A stretch of 26,154 nucleotides of DNA, taken from IMG/VR virus record IMGVR_UViG_3300028586_000768, positions 1 to 26,154 of that record, one strand, 5' to 3'. The position numbers and the translations under genes are program-made. Of this stretch, positions 16,278 to 25,723 are shown one piece after another. The DNA is from a virus (lineage: Duplodnaviria; Caudoviricetes). The stretch's first letter is position 1, and each line of letters opens with the position of its first letter. The notes under the pieces are model-generated. The model was not told the DNA's origin. It saw only the letters and a program-made list of their open reading frames with translations, and did no database searches.

Positions 16278-16792
16278 GAACTGGCGTTCCTTACTAGTTG
16301 CTCGGCGAGGGTTTTCGTCATCACGTCGACCGCCTCATGCTTTTTGCTCTCGTATCCGGGGCGCATGAAGGGGTAGGCCGGCACGCGGGAGTTCCCATAT
16401 TCGAGTTCCGCAGCGCGACGGTGGGCGGCCCAGCCGATTGTTCGACCAGTCTTCGGGCTGACCCGCTTATTTTTCGGTACGAACTTGTGCCCTTCCTCGA
16501 CCCATCGCCAGTAGTAGGCACCTGGGCTCGATGAGGTGCCGCTCCGGACCGTAACGATGTACACCTGCCGCCGGCCGCCATCGGACTCCTCTTCGAGTCG
16601 CTTGACGATGATATTGTCGAACAGCATGCCGGTCTCTTTGTTGGCCAGCGCGTTCTGCTTCACCTGGTCGCGGAAGACCTCGGCGCCGGCGAAGCCGACT
16701 GTACGAAGCATCGACTCATCCACCGAGGCAATCACCTGCTCCGCCGTCTGTTCGATGGTCGCGATGAGGTCAGTAGAGTCGAAATCGATCAT
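16274..16792 (-). CDS. HK97 gp10-like tail morphogenesis protein
   Basis: AYYWRWVEEGH, LEYGNSRVPAYPFMRPGYE; synteny. Confidence 0.85.
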   Translation of the reverse strand: MIDFDSTDLIATIEQTAEQVIASVDESMLRTVGFAGAEVFRDQVKQNALANKETGMLFDNIIVKRLEEESDGGRRQVYIVTVRSGTSSSPGAYYWRWVEEGHKFVPKNKRVSPKTGRTIGWAAHRRAAELEYGNSRVPAYPFMRPGYESKKHEAVDVMTKTLAEQLVRNASS

Positions 16793-17100
16793 TTCACACC
16801 CTCGCAGACCAGAAACGCGAAGTCCCGGTCGTTCGCATCCTCGAGCGGCGGTGACTTGACGTCGTATTCCACGCCTTTGTAGCGCACACGCCAGGAAGCA
16901 TCCACATCACGGCGCGCCCGGATCCGAATCGAGCACTTCACCACCGAAACGTCGGCGCCGGCGCGGAGCACTTCGGCGCCAGACTGCATTTTCACGTTCG
17001 CCCACACCTCCTGCACCGGGTCGAAGCCGTCCACGCGCTCGTTTGCCGCGTTGCGGGTCACGCCAGGCCTGAGCAGAACTACGCGATCGTTCATCTTCAT
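16789..17100 (-). CDS. Head closure / head-tail adaptor
   Basis: VWANVK..SGAE, IRIR.RRDV..SWRV motif; synteny. Confidence 0.85.
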   Translation of the reverse strand: MKMNDRVVLLRPGVTRNAANERVDGFDPVQEVWANVKMQSGAEVLRAGADVSVVKCSIRIRARRDVDASWRVRYKGVEYDVKSPPLEDANDRDFAFLVCEGVK

Positions 17101-17657
17101 GAGTGCACCACCTCCGGCCAGAGCAGCCGCGTCACGTGTGGGTTTTCAGCGTGCTTCCCGGTGGTGAACTGCTCCGCGATCCGAGCCCGGAGAAATCCCT
17201 TAATCGAGTCGGGAACTGCAGTGTCGTCGGAGCCGTAGCCGCAGCGGATCTCGATTTCGACAGCGTCAGCACGCACGGCAGTCGCTGGCCAGCTCCGACC
17301 AGGCGCAGGCATCAAGCGCGCAGGCTGCCCGAATCGGGCCACGAAGTAGTCTTCCGGGGAGAGCGTCCGCTGTACGCCGTCGGTATCGCGATATTTCACG
17401 TGAACGACTTCCAGCAGCGGAGGCCTGGTGAGTTCAATCACGGCCGGGAACCGGGCAAGCATGATTCCCCAGATTTGCTCCATGATCGCGCGGTTGGTTT
17501 CGCCTTCCGCTTCTGAGGTGTAGGTCCGAATCGCGGCTTCGATATCGCCATCGAGTGACGACCTGCCCTGCTCGTCGACATCGACTCGCGCGGCGAGCTG
17601 CGCCTCGGCCAGCGATAGTGCCAGCTCGGTGGGCGGCTTGATTCGCTCCCAACTCAT
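17097..17657 (-). CDS. Head-tail connector (gp6-like, long form)
   Basis: LSLAEAQLAARVD...EAEGETNRAIMEQ...GYG...VPDSIK; synteny. Confidence 0.85.
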   Translation of the reverse strand: MSWERIKPPTELALSLAEAQLAARVDVDEQGRSSLDGDIEAAIRTYTSEAEGETNRAIMEQIWGIMLARFPAVIELTRPPLLEVVHVKYRDTDGVQRTLSPEDYFVARFGQPARLMPAPGRSWPATAVRADAVEIEIRCGYGSDDTAVPDSIKGFLRARIAEQFTTGKHAENPHVTRLLWPEVVHS

Positions 17658-17905
17658 CGCGACCAGCCTCCCTGCTTCAATGCGACTTCGTGGCCGTTTC
17701 CGGCCGGCGCGCGAGCATACTGCGGAGCTGCCGGCGGGCCATCTTGCTCCAGAAGCGCGCGCACCGCTGGGAGGCTCGCAGCCTGCACCATCGAGCCGAC
17801 GTTTTGCGCAGGCGCGGACGCAGCCGCCGCGTCACCGGAGCTACTCGCGCCGGCCTGTTGCTCGACCAGCGCGCGCACCGCGGGGATGTCGTTCACATTG
17901 ATCAT
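17654..17905 (-). CDS. Hypothetical protein (83 aa) with internal PAVRALxEQ duplication
   Basis: Coupled to both neighbours; IPAVRALVEQ and LPAVRALLEQ. Confidence 0.65.
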   Translation of the reverse strand: MINVNDIPAVRALVEQQAGASSSGDAAAASAPAQNVGSMVQAASLPAVRALLEQDGPPAAPQYARAPAGNGHEVALKQGGWSR

Positions 17906-18438
17906 CAGTTTTCCACCCTGTTGAAGTGCATGGTGCGGTCGAAGCGCTCGCCGTTGGCGCAGGTCACGCGCGCCGTCCAGTAATTCTCGCCGCCAGCGCC
18001 AACGTCCATGCCGCCCAGCTTGATCACCACGAAGCTCCCCTGGACCTGCGGCTGGATGAGAATTTCCACGCCTTTGACCACCGGCTCGACGGATACCGCC
18101 GTGGTGCCGCGATCCTGCAGCTCCTTAGTGATGTTCGCCACATAGAAGCTCTGCTCGTCCGGGTCCTTATCGACCCACCACTTGCCGTCCTTGAAGTACG
18201 GCTCAGGCGCGTTTGTCATTTTTTCTCCTTTCATTCGCCCATTCCATGCGACGTCGAATGTGACAACCCGTGTGCCGCCCCCGAAGGTGACGACACGCGA
18301 GCCGCCGCCGAAAACCACCACGCGCGATGCCGGGATGTCGATCACGTCCACCACACCGTCGCCCGGGTCTGGCGGCTGCATGTGGATCGCTGGCATCTCG
18401 CCCAGGGCCAGCTCTCCGTTCGCATACATTCCGAGCAT
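17905..18438 (-). CDS. Putative fibre adaptor protein (KDPDE motif) with RVVxFGGG repeats
   Basis: TGATG coupling at both ends; C-terminal DKDPDEQSFY...VTCANGERFDRT beta-sandwich-like domain; internal RBS plus ATG at 18219. Confidence 0.65.
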   Translation of the reverse strand: MLGMYANGELALGEMPAIHMQPPDPGDGVVDVIDIPASRVVVFGGGSRVVTFGGGTRVVTFDVAWNGRMKGEKMTNAPEPYFKDGKWWVDKDPDEQSFYVANITKELQDRGTTAVSVEPVVKGVEILIQPQVQGSFVVIKLGGMDVGAGGENYWTARVTCANGERFDRTMHFNRVEN

Positions 18439-20096
18439 CAGATCACCTCCAGGGCATCAGGGGTCGGCCAGAATGGCAGGCCGGTGAACTTCGGCTCCGC
18501 ACTTGGGTACTGCGCGCTGTCGTACACCAGATTGCTGACGTCTGGGTGGCAGCTCTGCTGCGTGCCCGGATCGCCGCCGCAGTGCTTCACATACGCCTTC
18601 TTACCGCTGTCGAAAGTGCCGGCCGGGAAGGTCAGCACGATCTTGTTGCCGACGATGGCGGCCGTTACAGCGATCACCGTGCCCTTGAAATCGGCTTGCG
18701 TGTTCGCGTACCAGCCGGTGATGGCCTGGCCTGCTTTGCGCATGGCGAGCGGCCCTTGCGCGTTCGCCACGTCGAACGTGACGACGTTGCCGGCGCGCGC
18801 GTAGGTCGTTACCCTCGGCCCCATGCCGTCGAACGGCGCCAGGCCCATGCTGAACAGCACGGACTGGATCGCACGGCACAGCGCCCATTCCTGGTAACGC
18901 TTGTCGCCCGCACCATCCTGGAAGTGCAACCCATCGCCACCGTCCGACGGATCGAGGTCGATGCAGTTGAACGGCACCACCTTTGCCCAGGCGTTGGCCT
19001 TCGAATAGGCGAGCACATCAAGCGTAGCGCCGCGAATCTTTTCGATCTGCTGCAAACCTTGGTACACACCCAGCACGCCGGGAACGTAGGAAAGCTGGCT
19101 GGGCGCTCGACCATGTGCGGCGACGTGCGCCATGCAACCGTCAACTAACTGCCGCTCTTTCGTCGCGTAGGCGGCGCGCTCGTTGCCGTCGTTTGCCTCG
19201 CCTTGATGCTTCTGCACGATCTCGAAGTCGCCAAGGTTCGGGGTCTTTAGCCCGAAATCCCCGCCGCTTGTACCGCCGCCGGCGAACAGGCCGGCGACCA
19301 CGCCGCCATTTGGCGGTATAAACGACTCGATGTTGGTAGCGTTCATTGAGCAGGGGATGATCGCGACTGGGATGCGGCGACCATGCTTGGCTCGGAGCGC
19401 CTTCGCCAGCACGCGGGGGAACTTGAGGACGCCGCCCCTTGCGATGTTGAACTGGTGCGTTCCGTAATCCGCTCCCGAGCCGCCCAGGCCTTGCGGAACT
19501 ACAGGGCCGAACGTGCCATCAACGCTATGCGCAGCGTCGGGGTCCACGATGTAGTCGTATTCCGATTTTCCGACGCCGGGAACCTGGTCGCCATAACTTC
19601 CAGCGGCAAGCAGGCTAATGTTGTTCGACTGCCCTTTCGAAAGCACCCGCACACCAACGCCCCATTTCACCGTCCCGCCGTAGACGATGGTCGGACGGCT
19701 CGGATCGCGGATTTGCAGGCGATAGTCGCAGCCGCTCGGAACCCCTTCGAATCTTCCTTGACCCTGTTGGCCGGTGATGGTGTTGCCGGACAGGGTCGTC
19801 CAGTCCTTTACGACGGCGCCCGTGGCGAAGTCCACAGCGCGCGCCTGAACGCTGGCCGGGGGCGAACCGACAAAGCCGTACGCGATGATCGGGTCGTAGC
19901 TTCCTGCCTGGCCTGCGATCGTGTCGTCGTAGGTGCCGGCCTTGCGCTGCATGATGAAGCGCGCTTTGCTGTTGCCGAGCTTGAAGGGGTCGGCGGTAAT
20001 CGAGTCAGGCCCGCTGGGCTGGGCTACTGCTGCGTTGGAGAGCAGGAACCCGGCCTCGAGAATGAGCAGCCGAGAGTTGACGATAAGCGGCTTCAT
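18438..20096 (-). CDS. SGNH-type carbohydrate esterase (sialate O-acetylesterase-like), probably virion-associated
   Basis: GQSNN (catalytic Ser block), HQGEAND and DGLH (DxxH) in canonical order. Confidence 0.75.
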   Translation of the reverse strand: MKPLIVNSRLLILEAGFLLSNAAVAQPSGPDSITADPFKLGNSKARFIMQRKAGTYDDTIAGQAGSYDPIIAYGFVGSPPASVQARAVDFATGAVVKDWTTLSGNTITGQQGQGRFEGVPSGCDYRLQIRDPSRPTIVYGGTVKWGVGVRVLSKGQSNNISLLAAGSYGDQVPGVGKSEYDYIVDPDAAHSVDGTFGPVVPQGLGGSGADYGTHQFNIARGGVLKFPRVLAKALRAKHGRRIPVAIIPCSMNATNIESFIPPNGGVVAGLFAGGGTSGGDFGLKTPNLGDFEIVQKHQGEANDGNERAAYATKERQLVDGCMAHVAAHGRAPSQLSYVPGVLGVYQGLQQIEKIRGATLDVLAYSKANAWAKVVPFNCIDLDPSDGGDGLHFQDGAGDKRYQEWALCRAIQSVLFSMGLAPFDGMGPRVTTYARAGNVVTFDVANAQGPLAMRKAGQAITGWYANTQADFKGTVIAVTAAIVGNKIVLTFPAGTFDSGKKAYVKHCGGDPGTQQSCHPDVSNLVYDSAQYPSAEPKFTGLPFWPTPDALEVI

Positions 20097-21550
20097 CAAG
20101 CCACCGCCACCGGCGTTTGCACTGCCTCAGCCGAGCCATCCGGGTACAAAACCCAGAGGTAGTAATTGCCCGGCGAGCCACCGCCGTACACGGTTCCCTG
20201 CACCGAGAACAGGCCGGGGTAGCCGTTCTGGTCGAGGTACACCAGGCCTTGAACGGAGTTCGGGACGGCGCCGCTATTGCCGCCATTTGCGGAGAATGGC
20301 ACTTCTCCCGGCCACGACCCATTGCTAAAGGCGACTGGCGGCGTGGTCGGGCTCTTGCCCCAGCAGCACCGGATCTGGGGCGATTGCGCAGGGTAGTCCG
20401 CACCGTTCTTGATGTAGACGTTGACGAGTTGCGCCCAGTAGCGGTTAGGAGCCGCACCGCCGTCGTACCCGGACGAAGCCGGGAAGTTGACACCCGGCGT
20501 GGCCGCGTAGGTGTCCGCCATCGCAGGCGTGGCATTCAGCATGGTCACACTGTCGCTCAGCACGTTGGAGATCGCGCTGGCCGCGTCGACCGCGCGCACA
20601 CGCAGCTGGTCGGTGCTGCCGGCGGAGCGGCCGGTGACGGTGCGGCTGCCGGCGGCGAACGCATGGTCGGTCCAGGTGCTACCGCCGTCAATGCTGGTTT
20701 GCACCTTGCTGCCGTTGCCGTTCGCGTCGGTCGGCGCGTCCCATGCGAACGTGTATCCGCTCGACGCAATGCTTGTTTTGGCGATGCTGCCGGAAATGAC
20801 CGGCGCCGCATTTCCGCCGGCGGATTGCAGCGTGACCGATAGGGTTGCGGCCGCCGAAACGCTGCCCGAGGTGTCGACAGTCCGCACGCGCACGGTATCG
20901 GTGCTGCCTGCGGTGCGGCCGCTCACCGCAAAGGTGTTGCCGGCGGCGCCACCGCTGACAGGTGTCCAGGTCGACCCGTCAAGGCTCCATTCGCTGCGCG
21001 CCACGGCGACGTTGTCGTTGCCGGGCGTGAAGGTGATGGTGTAGCCAGTTTGGCCGACGTTCGTCGAGGCCAGGTTCGTCGGCGCGCCCGGCGCAGTACT
21101 GTCCGCTGGCGGGGCAGTGCCGCCGATGTATGCCTTCAGCACCGCCGCCGTAACCAGGAATGCTTCATTCGACGGATTCAGGGCCAGCAGGCGTGTCGCG
21201 TCGGCAATGGACTGCACCGGCAGCGCCCCTACCTGGATGCCATTCAGGTATTGCGCCGGCGCTGCGCAGAAGATCTGCTTCAAGCCACCGGGAAACGTCA
21301 CCGCCGCGCCGCCGGTCCAACTGGCCAGCACCTCGAGGCGGGTCAACTGGGTCGGGTTATCGACCCTGTACAGGCTCAGTTCCCACGAAGCGACGCTCTC
21401 GACGCACATTGGCACCTCGTCGCCAATCGCCAGGTCGCCATGGGCGATCGCCTCCGCGATTGTGCGGAAGCCAGTGACGGCGCCGCCCAGGGTAATGGTT
21501 GCAGTGCTGGTGGCGTTGAACGATTGGCGGAGACGGTCGACGACTTTCAT
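20096..21550 (-). CDS. Fibre-like protein with two FN3/Ig-like domains
   Basis: N-terminal DR...TITLGGAVTGFRT...WE...LTR...VTFPGGLKQIF fibre-anchor-like domain; DSTAPGAPTNL and repeated VSGRTAGSTDTVRVR / VTGRSAGSTDQLRVR. Confidence 0.75.
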   Translation of the reverse strand: MKVVDRLRQSFNATSTATITLGGAVTGFRTIAEAIAHGDLAIGDEVPMCVESVASWELSLYRVDNPTQLTRLEVLASWTGGAAVTFPGGLKQIFCAAPAQYLNGIQVGALPVQSIADATRLLALNPSNEAFLVTAAVLKAYIGGTAPPADSTAPGAPTNLASTNVGQTGYTITFTPGNDNVAVARSEWSLDGSTWTPVSGGAAGNTFAVSGRTAGSTDTVRVRTVDTSGSVSAAATLSVTLQSAGGNAAPVISGSIAKTSIASSGYTFAWDAPTDANGNGSKVQTSIDGGSTWTDHAFAAGSRTVTGRSAGSTDQLRVRAVDAASAISNVLSDSVTMLNATPAMADTYAATPGVNFPASSGYDGGAAPNRYWAQLVNVYIKNGADYPAQSPQIRCCWGKSPTTPPVAFSNGSWPGEVPFSANGGNSGAVPNSVQGLVYLDQNGYPGLFSVQGTVYGGGSPGNYYLWVLYPDGSAEAVQTPVAVA

Positions 21551-21732
21551 GCGGAGTGGGCCTTGTTTTCGTTCCCAAGCAGCCCGCGCACGTGGGCGAG
21601 CAGCTCGTCGTCGGACTTGCCGACTATGTCTTCGGGGAGCATGCGCAGCTGGCCTGCGCACACCAGGATGGTGCCGGGCACCTCCGCCTCGGCACGCAGC
21701 TTGGCGAGCCAGGCGGAAGTGTCAGGGCTCAC
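21547..21732 (-). CDS. Hypothetical protein (61 aa)
   Basis: GTG start 2 nt after the upstream stop; ATGA overlap with the next gene. Confidence 0.55.
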   Translation of the reverse strand: MSPDTSAWLAKLRAEAEVPGTILVCAGQLRMLPEDIVGKSDDELLAHVRGLLGNENKAHSA

Positions 21733-21734
21733 GA

Positions 21735-21884
21735 TTACTTCGCAGTTTTGACGGGCTTTTCTTCTGCCTTGACGTCCTTGGCCACGCCACCGTCGACCAG
21801 TCGCTTGGCTTGCTCGGCATCGAAGCCGGCGATGTCGCCTGGACTGTAGATCTTCCAGGGCTTGATGAATTCGACCGATTGCAT
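21735..21884 (-). CDS. Small post-capsid protein (49 aa, MQSVEFIKPWKIYSPGDIAGFDAEQAKRLVDGGVAK...)
   Basis: Hand-translated; AGGAG RBS; Y.PGD.AGF...A.RLV..G.A pattern common right after capsid genes. Confidence 0.75.
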   Translation of the reverse strand: MQSVEFIKPWKIYSPGDIAGFDAEQAKRLVDGGVAKDVKAEEKPVKTAK

Positions 21885-21944
21885 GTGCAACTCCTAACGA
21901 ATAGATGGGCCGACCCGCCTAGGCGGGCCGGAATTCAGGGCTCG

Positions 21945-23276
21945 CTACGCGCCCCAGGTAACGCCGGTCAGGATCGCAACCGATTCCACGTGGCGCGGGC
22001 CGAAGTCGTGTTTCGCGATCACGCGGACCAGGGTCTGGTCACGCTGGAAAGCGCTGACGACGTTGCCGCCTTCGTCCTTGTAGGTCGCCTCTTTCGAGTA
22101 GTCGATCAGCAGGGTCTCGTCTTCGCCGATGAAGCAGTCGTTGAAGTCGACGAAGTAGATTTCCGACGCATTGGAGCCGGCGCCCAGGTTGTTCGGGACC
22201 TGGGTGGTCTTGCCGATCGGGTAGCCCTTCAGGGTCCCGTCTTTCATTTCCGGGTAGGCCTTGTTGCCATTGCCGTCACGCAGGCCTTCCAGATAGCGGA
22301 AGGTGCGCGGCGACATGATCCAGCCCGGCGCGCCCATGTTGGCGTTGACGCCTTCCAGGCACAGGATCAGCTTGTTCAGGTCGTTCTCGATCTTTTGCAG
22401 CGTGTCGCCGGCGGATGCCGTGATCTTGAAGCCTGCCAGCGCCCAGGCCAGCAGGCCTTTCGGGGTTTCGAGGGTTCCGTCGTCGCGAATGAAGGCCTTG
22501 TCTTCGCGCGAGCTCATCGCGCCGGTCAGGTCGTCCACGACGAGCTTGTCGACGTTCGGACTGGTACCGGAGTAAGCCAGCAGGTCATTCGAGATCGGGA
22601 CCAGGCCGGTCAGCTTCTTGGCCGACAGCTTCAGGTTGTCGAAGGTCTGGCCGGTCGCCGGGATGTCAGTGTCGCTGCCGATGTAGCTGACGACTGCGCC
22701 GCCCTTCAGGCGCGGCAGGGTGATGTTTCCGTTGGTGAGCGGCAGGCTGCGCGCGCCCAGGCGGCGGACGACCGACTGCGGACGCCACAATTCAATGACC
22801 TCGCGGGCCATGTTGGCCGGCACCAGGACACCGCCGGCACCAGGGGTCAGCGTGTTCAGCGCCATGGAGACGTCGTCTCCGAAGCCGTTCTCGGCTGCGA
22901 ATTTGGCGGCGACCTGCTGGTTGCCCTGTGCGACGACCAGCGCGCGGACCATACGCGACATGCCGGTACCCGGGAGGTCGTGGCTACGTGGGCGTGCGGG
23001 CATGCTCGGCGCAGCAGCGGCGAAAGGTGGCGCAGCAGGCTGGTGAGCAGCGGCCAGCGCACGGTCGACCGGCACCGCCGCGGCGGCGGCGATGCTTTCG
23101 GCAGACTCCATGCGGGTGATCTGGGCGGTCAGGTCGCCGAATTTGGCTTGCAGATCGGTGAATTCCTTCACCTGCTCCACGGTCAGTTGACCGCCGCCGG
23201 CTTCGATCAGGGCCAGAGCTTGGACGCTGGCGTTGACCTTGGCGCGTTCGCTGCGAAGCTCATTGATGGTTGGCAT
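21945..23276 (-). CDS. Major capsid protein, HK97 fold, with N-terminal delta domain
   Basis: AGGVLVP, LSAKKLTGLVPISNDLL, EDKAFIRDDG, LRDGNG, SAFQRDQTLVR; AGGAGAGG RBS. Confidence 0.95.
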   Translation of the reverse strand: MPTINELRSERAKVNASVQALALIEAGGGQLTVEQVKEFTDLQAKFGDLTAQITRMESAESIAAAAAVPVDRALAAAHQPAAPPFAAAAPSMPARPRSHDLPGTGMSRMVRALVVAQGNQQVAAKFAAENGFGDDVSMALNTLTPGAGGVLVPANMAREVIELWRPQSVVRRLGARSLPLTNGNITLPRLKGGAVVSYIGSDTDIPATGQTFDNLKLSAKKLTGLVPISNDLLAYSGTSPNVDKLVVDDLTGAMSSREDKAFIRDDGTLETPKGLLAWALAGFKITASAGDTLQKIENDLNKLILCLEGVNANMGAPGWIMSPRTFRYLEGLRDGNGNKAYPEMKDGTLKGYPIGKTTQVPNNLGAGSNASEIYFVDFNDCFIGEDETLLIDYSKEATYKDEGGNVVSAFQRDQTLVRVIAKHDFGPRHVESVAILTGVTWGA

Positions 23277-23295
23277 ATTGCCTCTCCTAGAAATG

Positions 23296-23317
23296 AAAAA
23301 GCCGCCTCAAGGGCGGC
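23296..23317 (-). terminator. Terminator-like hairpin between protease and capsid genes
   Basis: - strand GCCGCC-CTTGA-GGCGGC-TTTTT. Confidence 0.6.
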
Positions 23318-23342
23318 CGGGTTGCTGTTTCCGCGAACGCGG

Positions 23343-24305
23343 TCAGGTTTGGACTTCCATCGCCATCGCTTTCGCGCGGGTGGTGACAGACTGATTCTTG
23401 GAACTGCGCGCAGCGCGCGCCTGGCGGGCGTCCGCCGCAACGCGGTCAATTGCGGCTTGCGGCGTCTCGATGCGATCGGCAAAGCCGATGTCGACACCGG
23501 CCTGCCCGAAGAAGACGCCGGCCTCGGTTGCCCGCACTGCGTCGGCGCTGATGCTGCGGTAATTCGCAACAGCGTCCACGAACTGGGTGTAGTAGCCCTG
23601 CACCATGTCAGTCAGGAACTTCATCGACTGTTCGGTGATCGGCTCATGCGGCGACAGATCGTTCTTGTGCGCGCCAGCGGAGACGGTCGTCACCTTGACG
23701 CCCATTTGCTCGTTGCGGGCCGACAGGTCCAGATGCTTCGCGATGACCCCGACCGAGCCGACGCCGGAAGTTCGCGAGACCGACACGTTGCCAACCGCAG
23801 CTGCGATCAGATATGCCGCCGAGAACCCGTTGAAGTGGATGATTGCGGTCATCGGCTTGACTGAGCGCGCTTCGAACAGGAAGTCGGCCAGCTCGTACGC
23901 GCCAGTTGTGCTACCCCCGGGACTGTCGATGTCGAATGCGATCTGCTCGACGGCAGGATCCGCCAGAGCGGCCGCTACCTGCGCGCGCACCTGCTCGTAG
24001 CTGGTCATGGTCTCGCAGGGGTTCATCTGCATGCTGCGACTCACCAGCACGCCGTGCACTGGGATGATTGCAACGCCGGTATCGGCGATCGTCTGACGGC
24101 GGGCCGACTCCGCGCGCATAGCAGCAGTTTCGTACGGACCGTCGTCGTCTTCCATCATCTGCGGCGTGGCGCCGTTGACGCTCAGATTGACGATGTTCAG
24201 GCTCATCTGCTGGTTCGCCCAGGCCGCAGCCTGGTCCAGCATCGATTCGGTCACCATCAGCGGCTGATTGAAGATCATGCCGGCGATGCGGAAGCGGTTT
24301 TTCAT
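23343..24305 (-). CDS. Prohead protease, S49 family
   Basis: DIDSPGG, SAAYLIA, VGSVGVI, AGAHK, GFADRI; start MKNRF overlaps the portal stop. Confidence 0.93.
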   Translation of the reverse strand: MKNRFRIAGMIFNQPLMVTESMLDQAAAWANQQMSLNIVNLSVNGATPQMMEDDDGPYETAAMRAESARRQTIADTGVAIIPVHGVLVSRSMQMNPCETMTSYEQVRAQVAAALADPAVEQIAFDIDSPGGSTTGAYELADFLFEARSVKPMTAIIHFNGFSAAYLIAAAVGNVSVSRTSGVGSVGVIAKHLDLSARNEQMGVKVTTVSAGAHKNDLSPHEPITEQSMKFLTDMVQGYYTQFVDAVANYRSISADAVRATEAGVFFGQAGVDIGFADRIETPQAAIDRVAADARQARAARSSKNQSVTTRAKAMAMEVQT

Positions 24306-25546
24306 GCAAGGATTCCTTCGATCTCGGCGACCGCTTTCGGGTCGGCCTTGGGCATCTGGTCCGGCAGCGGCTTGGCCGCGTCGACCATGTTCAACGGCTG
24401 CAAATAGGTGTCGCCGCCCTTGATCGGCGGCAGATTCTCCAGGCGCCGGATGTCGTTCACCGACAGCCAGCCCCATTGACGGGCGACAGCGTAGGCGTCA
24501 TAGCGCGACTTCTGGTCCCCGCGCAGCAGGCCGGAAACGTTGAATTCGATGTAATACTCGTCACGCTCGCTCGGAAGCAGCAGGTCGCGCATCATTGCCT
24601 GCTCGTGCCGCTTGATCCACGGAAGCAGCGTGTAGATCACAAACTGGATGGCTTGGTGCTCGATGTTCGAGAAGGTCGCCTTGTCCAGTTCGCCGATCAT
24701 GTGCGGCGGCACCTTGTAGATACGAGCGATGTCGAGATTGGTGAGCTTCAGGGCCGGGATCAGCTCCGCATCGACGTTGGTCATCGAGAACGGACGGAAC
24801 GTCATCCCCTCCTGCAGCATTGCTACGCGCTTGGCGTTACCCGTCCCGCCGTACATCTGCTGCCAGCGGTCGGTGATGCGGTCAATGACGCCCTGATCCT
24901 TGATCGGCGCCGACTCGCGCGGGCGCTCAATCACGCCCGACAGGGCAGTCCCGTTCAGGAAAGACTTGCCGGCGTACTGCTGGATCGCCTGGGCATAGCC
25001 GATGCTGTTCGCATGCAGCATGATCGGCGAGACGCCGACGTAGTTATTCAAGCTCCACCAGCGCACGTGGTGCACCATGCGCTGCGGGATAGGCTCTTGG
25101 CCGTCAATCTGGTAGTACGGACGGAGATCAGACCCTTTCATCACGACCACCGACTGGGCCGGAACTGGGTAGAGCCCGGTGACGGTTCCGTCGGAGTCGC
25201 GGCCGATAATGCTGTACGAATTGCCGCGCGCGCCGGCCGACATCTGGCTACCCTCGCGGAACTCCAGCGGCGTCTGCCACTCATTGGGAGCGTATGCCAG
25301 GATCTTGTACAGCGGATGATCCCGCGCTGGCTCTCGCTGGCCATTATCCGTGCGCCGGAACAGCTCAAGCGGTAGCTGGGCGATGCTTTCCGCCAGCAGC
25401 GTCACGCAGTTCTGCAACGCGGTCAGCGACAAAGCTGACTCGACCGTCACCAGCGGACCAGCATCGGATCGAGCGCCTCCCAGGCCCGAGAGCCAGCCGC
25501 CGCCTCCGGTGGCGAGCTGCGAGCTGAAAAACTGTTTGGTGAACAT
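24302..25546 (-). CDS. Portal protein, HK97 family
   Basis: CVTLLAESIAQLPL, PNEWQT, GVSPI, IARIYKVPPHMIG, TFSNIEHQ, GLLRGD, NDIRRLENLPPI. Confidence 0.96.
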   Translation of the reverse strand: MFTKQFFSSQLATGGGGWLSGLGGARSDAGPLVTVESALSLTALQNCVTLLAESIAQLPLELFRRTDNGQREPARDHPLYKILAYAPNEWQTPLEFREGSQMSAGARGNSYSIIGRDSDGTVTGLYPVPAQSVVVMKGSDLRPYYQIDGQEPIPQRMVHHVRWWSLNNYVGVSPIMLHANSIGYAQAIQQYAGKSFLNGTALSGVIERPRESAPIKDQGVIDRITDRWQQMYGGTGNAKRVAMLQEGMTFRPFSMTNVDAELIPALKLTNLDIARIYKVPPHMIGELDKATFSNIEHQAIQFVIYTLLPWIKRHEQAMMRDLLLPSERDEYYIEFNVSGLLRGDQKSRYDAYAVARQWGWLSVNDIRRLENLPPIKGGDTYLQPLNMVDAAKPLPDQMPKADPKAVAEIEGILA

Positions 25547-25549
25547 CCG

Positions 25550-25723
25550 CTATCCTTCTTTGCCAGTACGCGCCATGGCGCGCGAGACGATGTACGACCA
25601 GGACAGCAGGCCGGCGCCGGCGATGATGAAGCCGGCCGGCGGATAGATCATCCAGGCGCCGACGGTGATGAGCGCGAGGCCGAGGATTCCGGCGACGAGG
25701 GTCGCCCAATCGATGAAGCTCAT
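25550..25723 (-). CDS. Small 2-TM membrane protein (57 aa) between terminase and portal
   Basis: Hand-translated MSFIDWATLVAGILGLALITVGAWMIYPPAGFIIAGAGLLSWSYIVSRAMARTGKEG; ATGA overlap with the terminase stop. Confidence 0.8.
   Translation of the reverse strand: MSFIDWATLVAGILGLALITVGAWMIYPPAGFIIAGAGLLSWSYIVSRAMARTGKEG

Noticed and set aside
21117-23864. 915-aa + strand ORF
   Set aside because: Antisense shadow of the capsid, protease and fibre genes in GC-rich DNA; no recognisable motifs.
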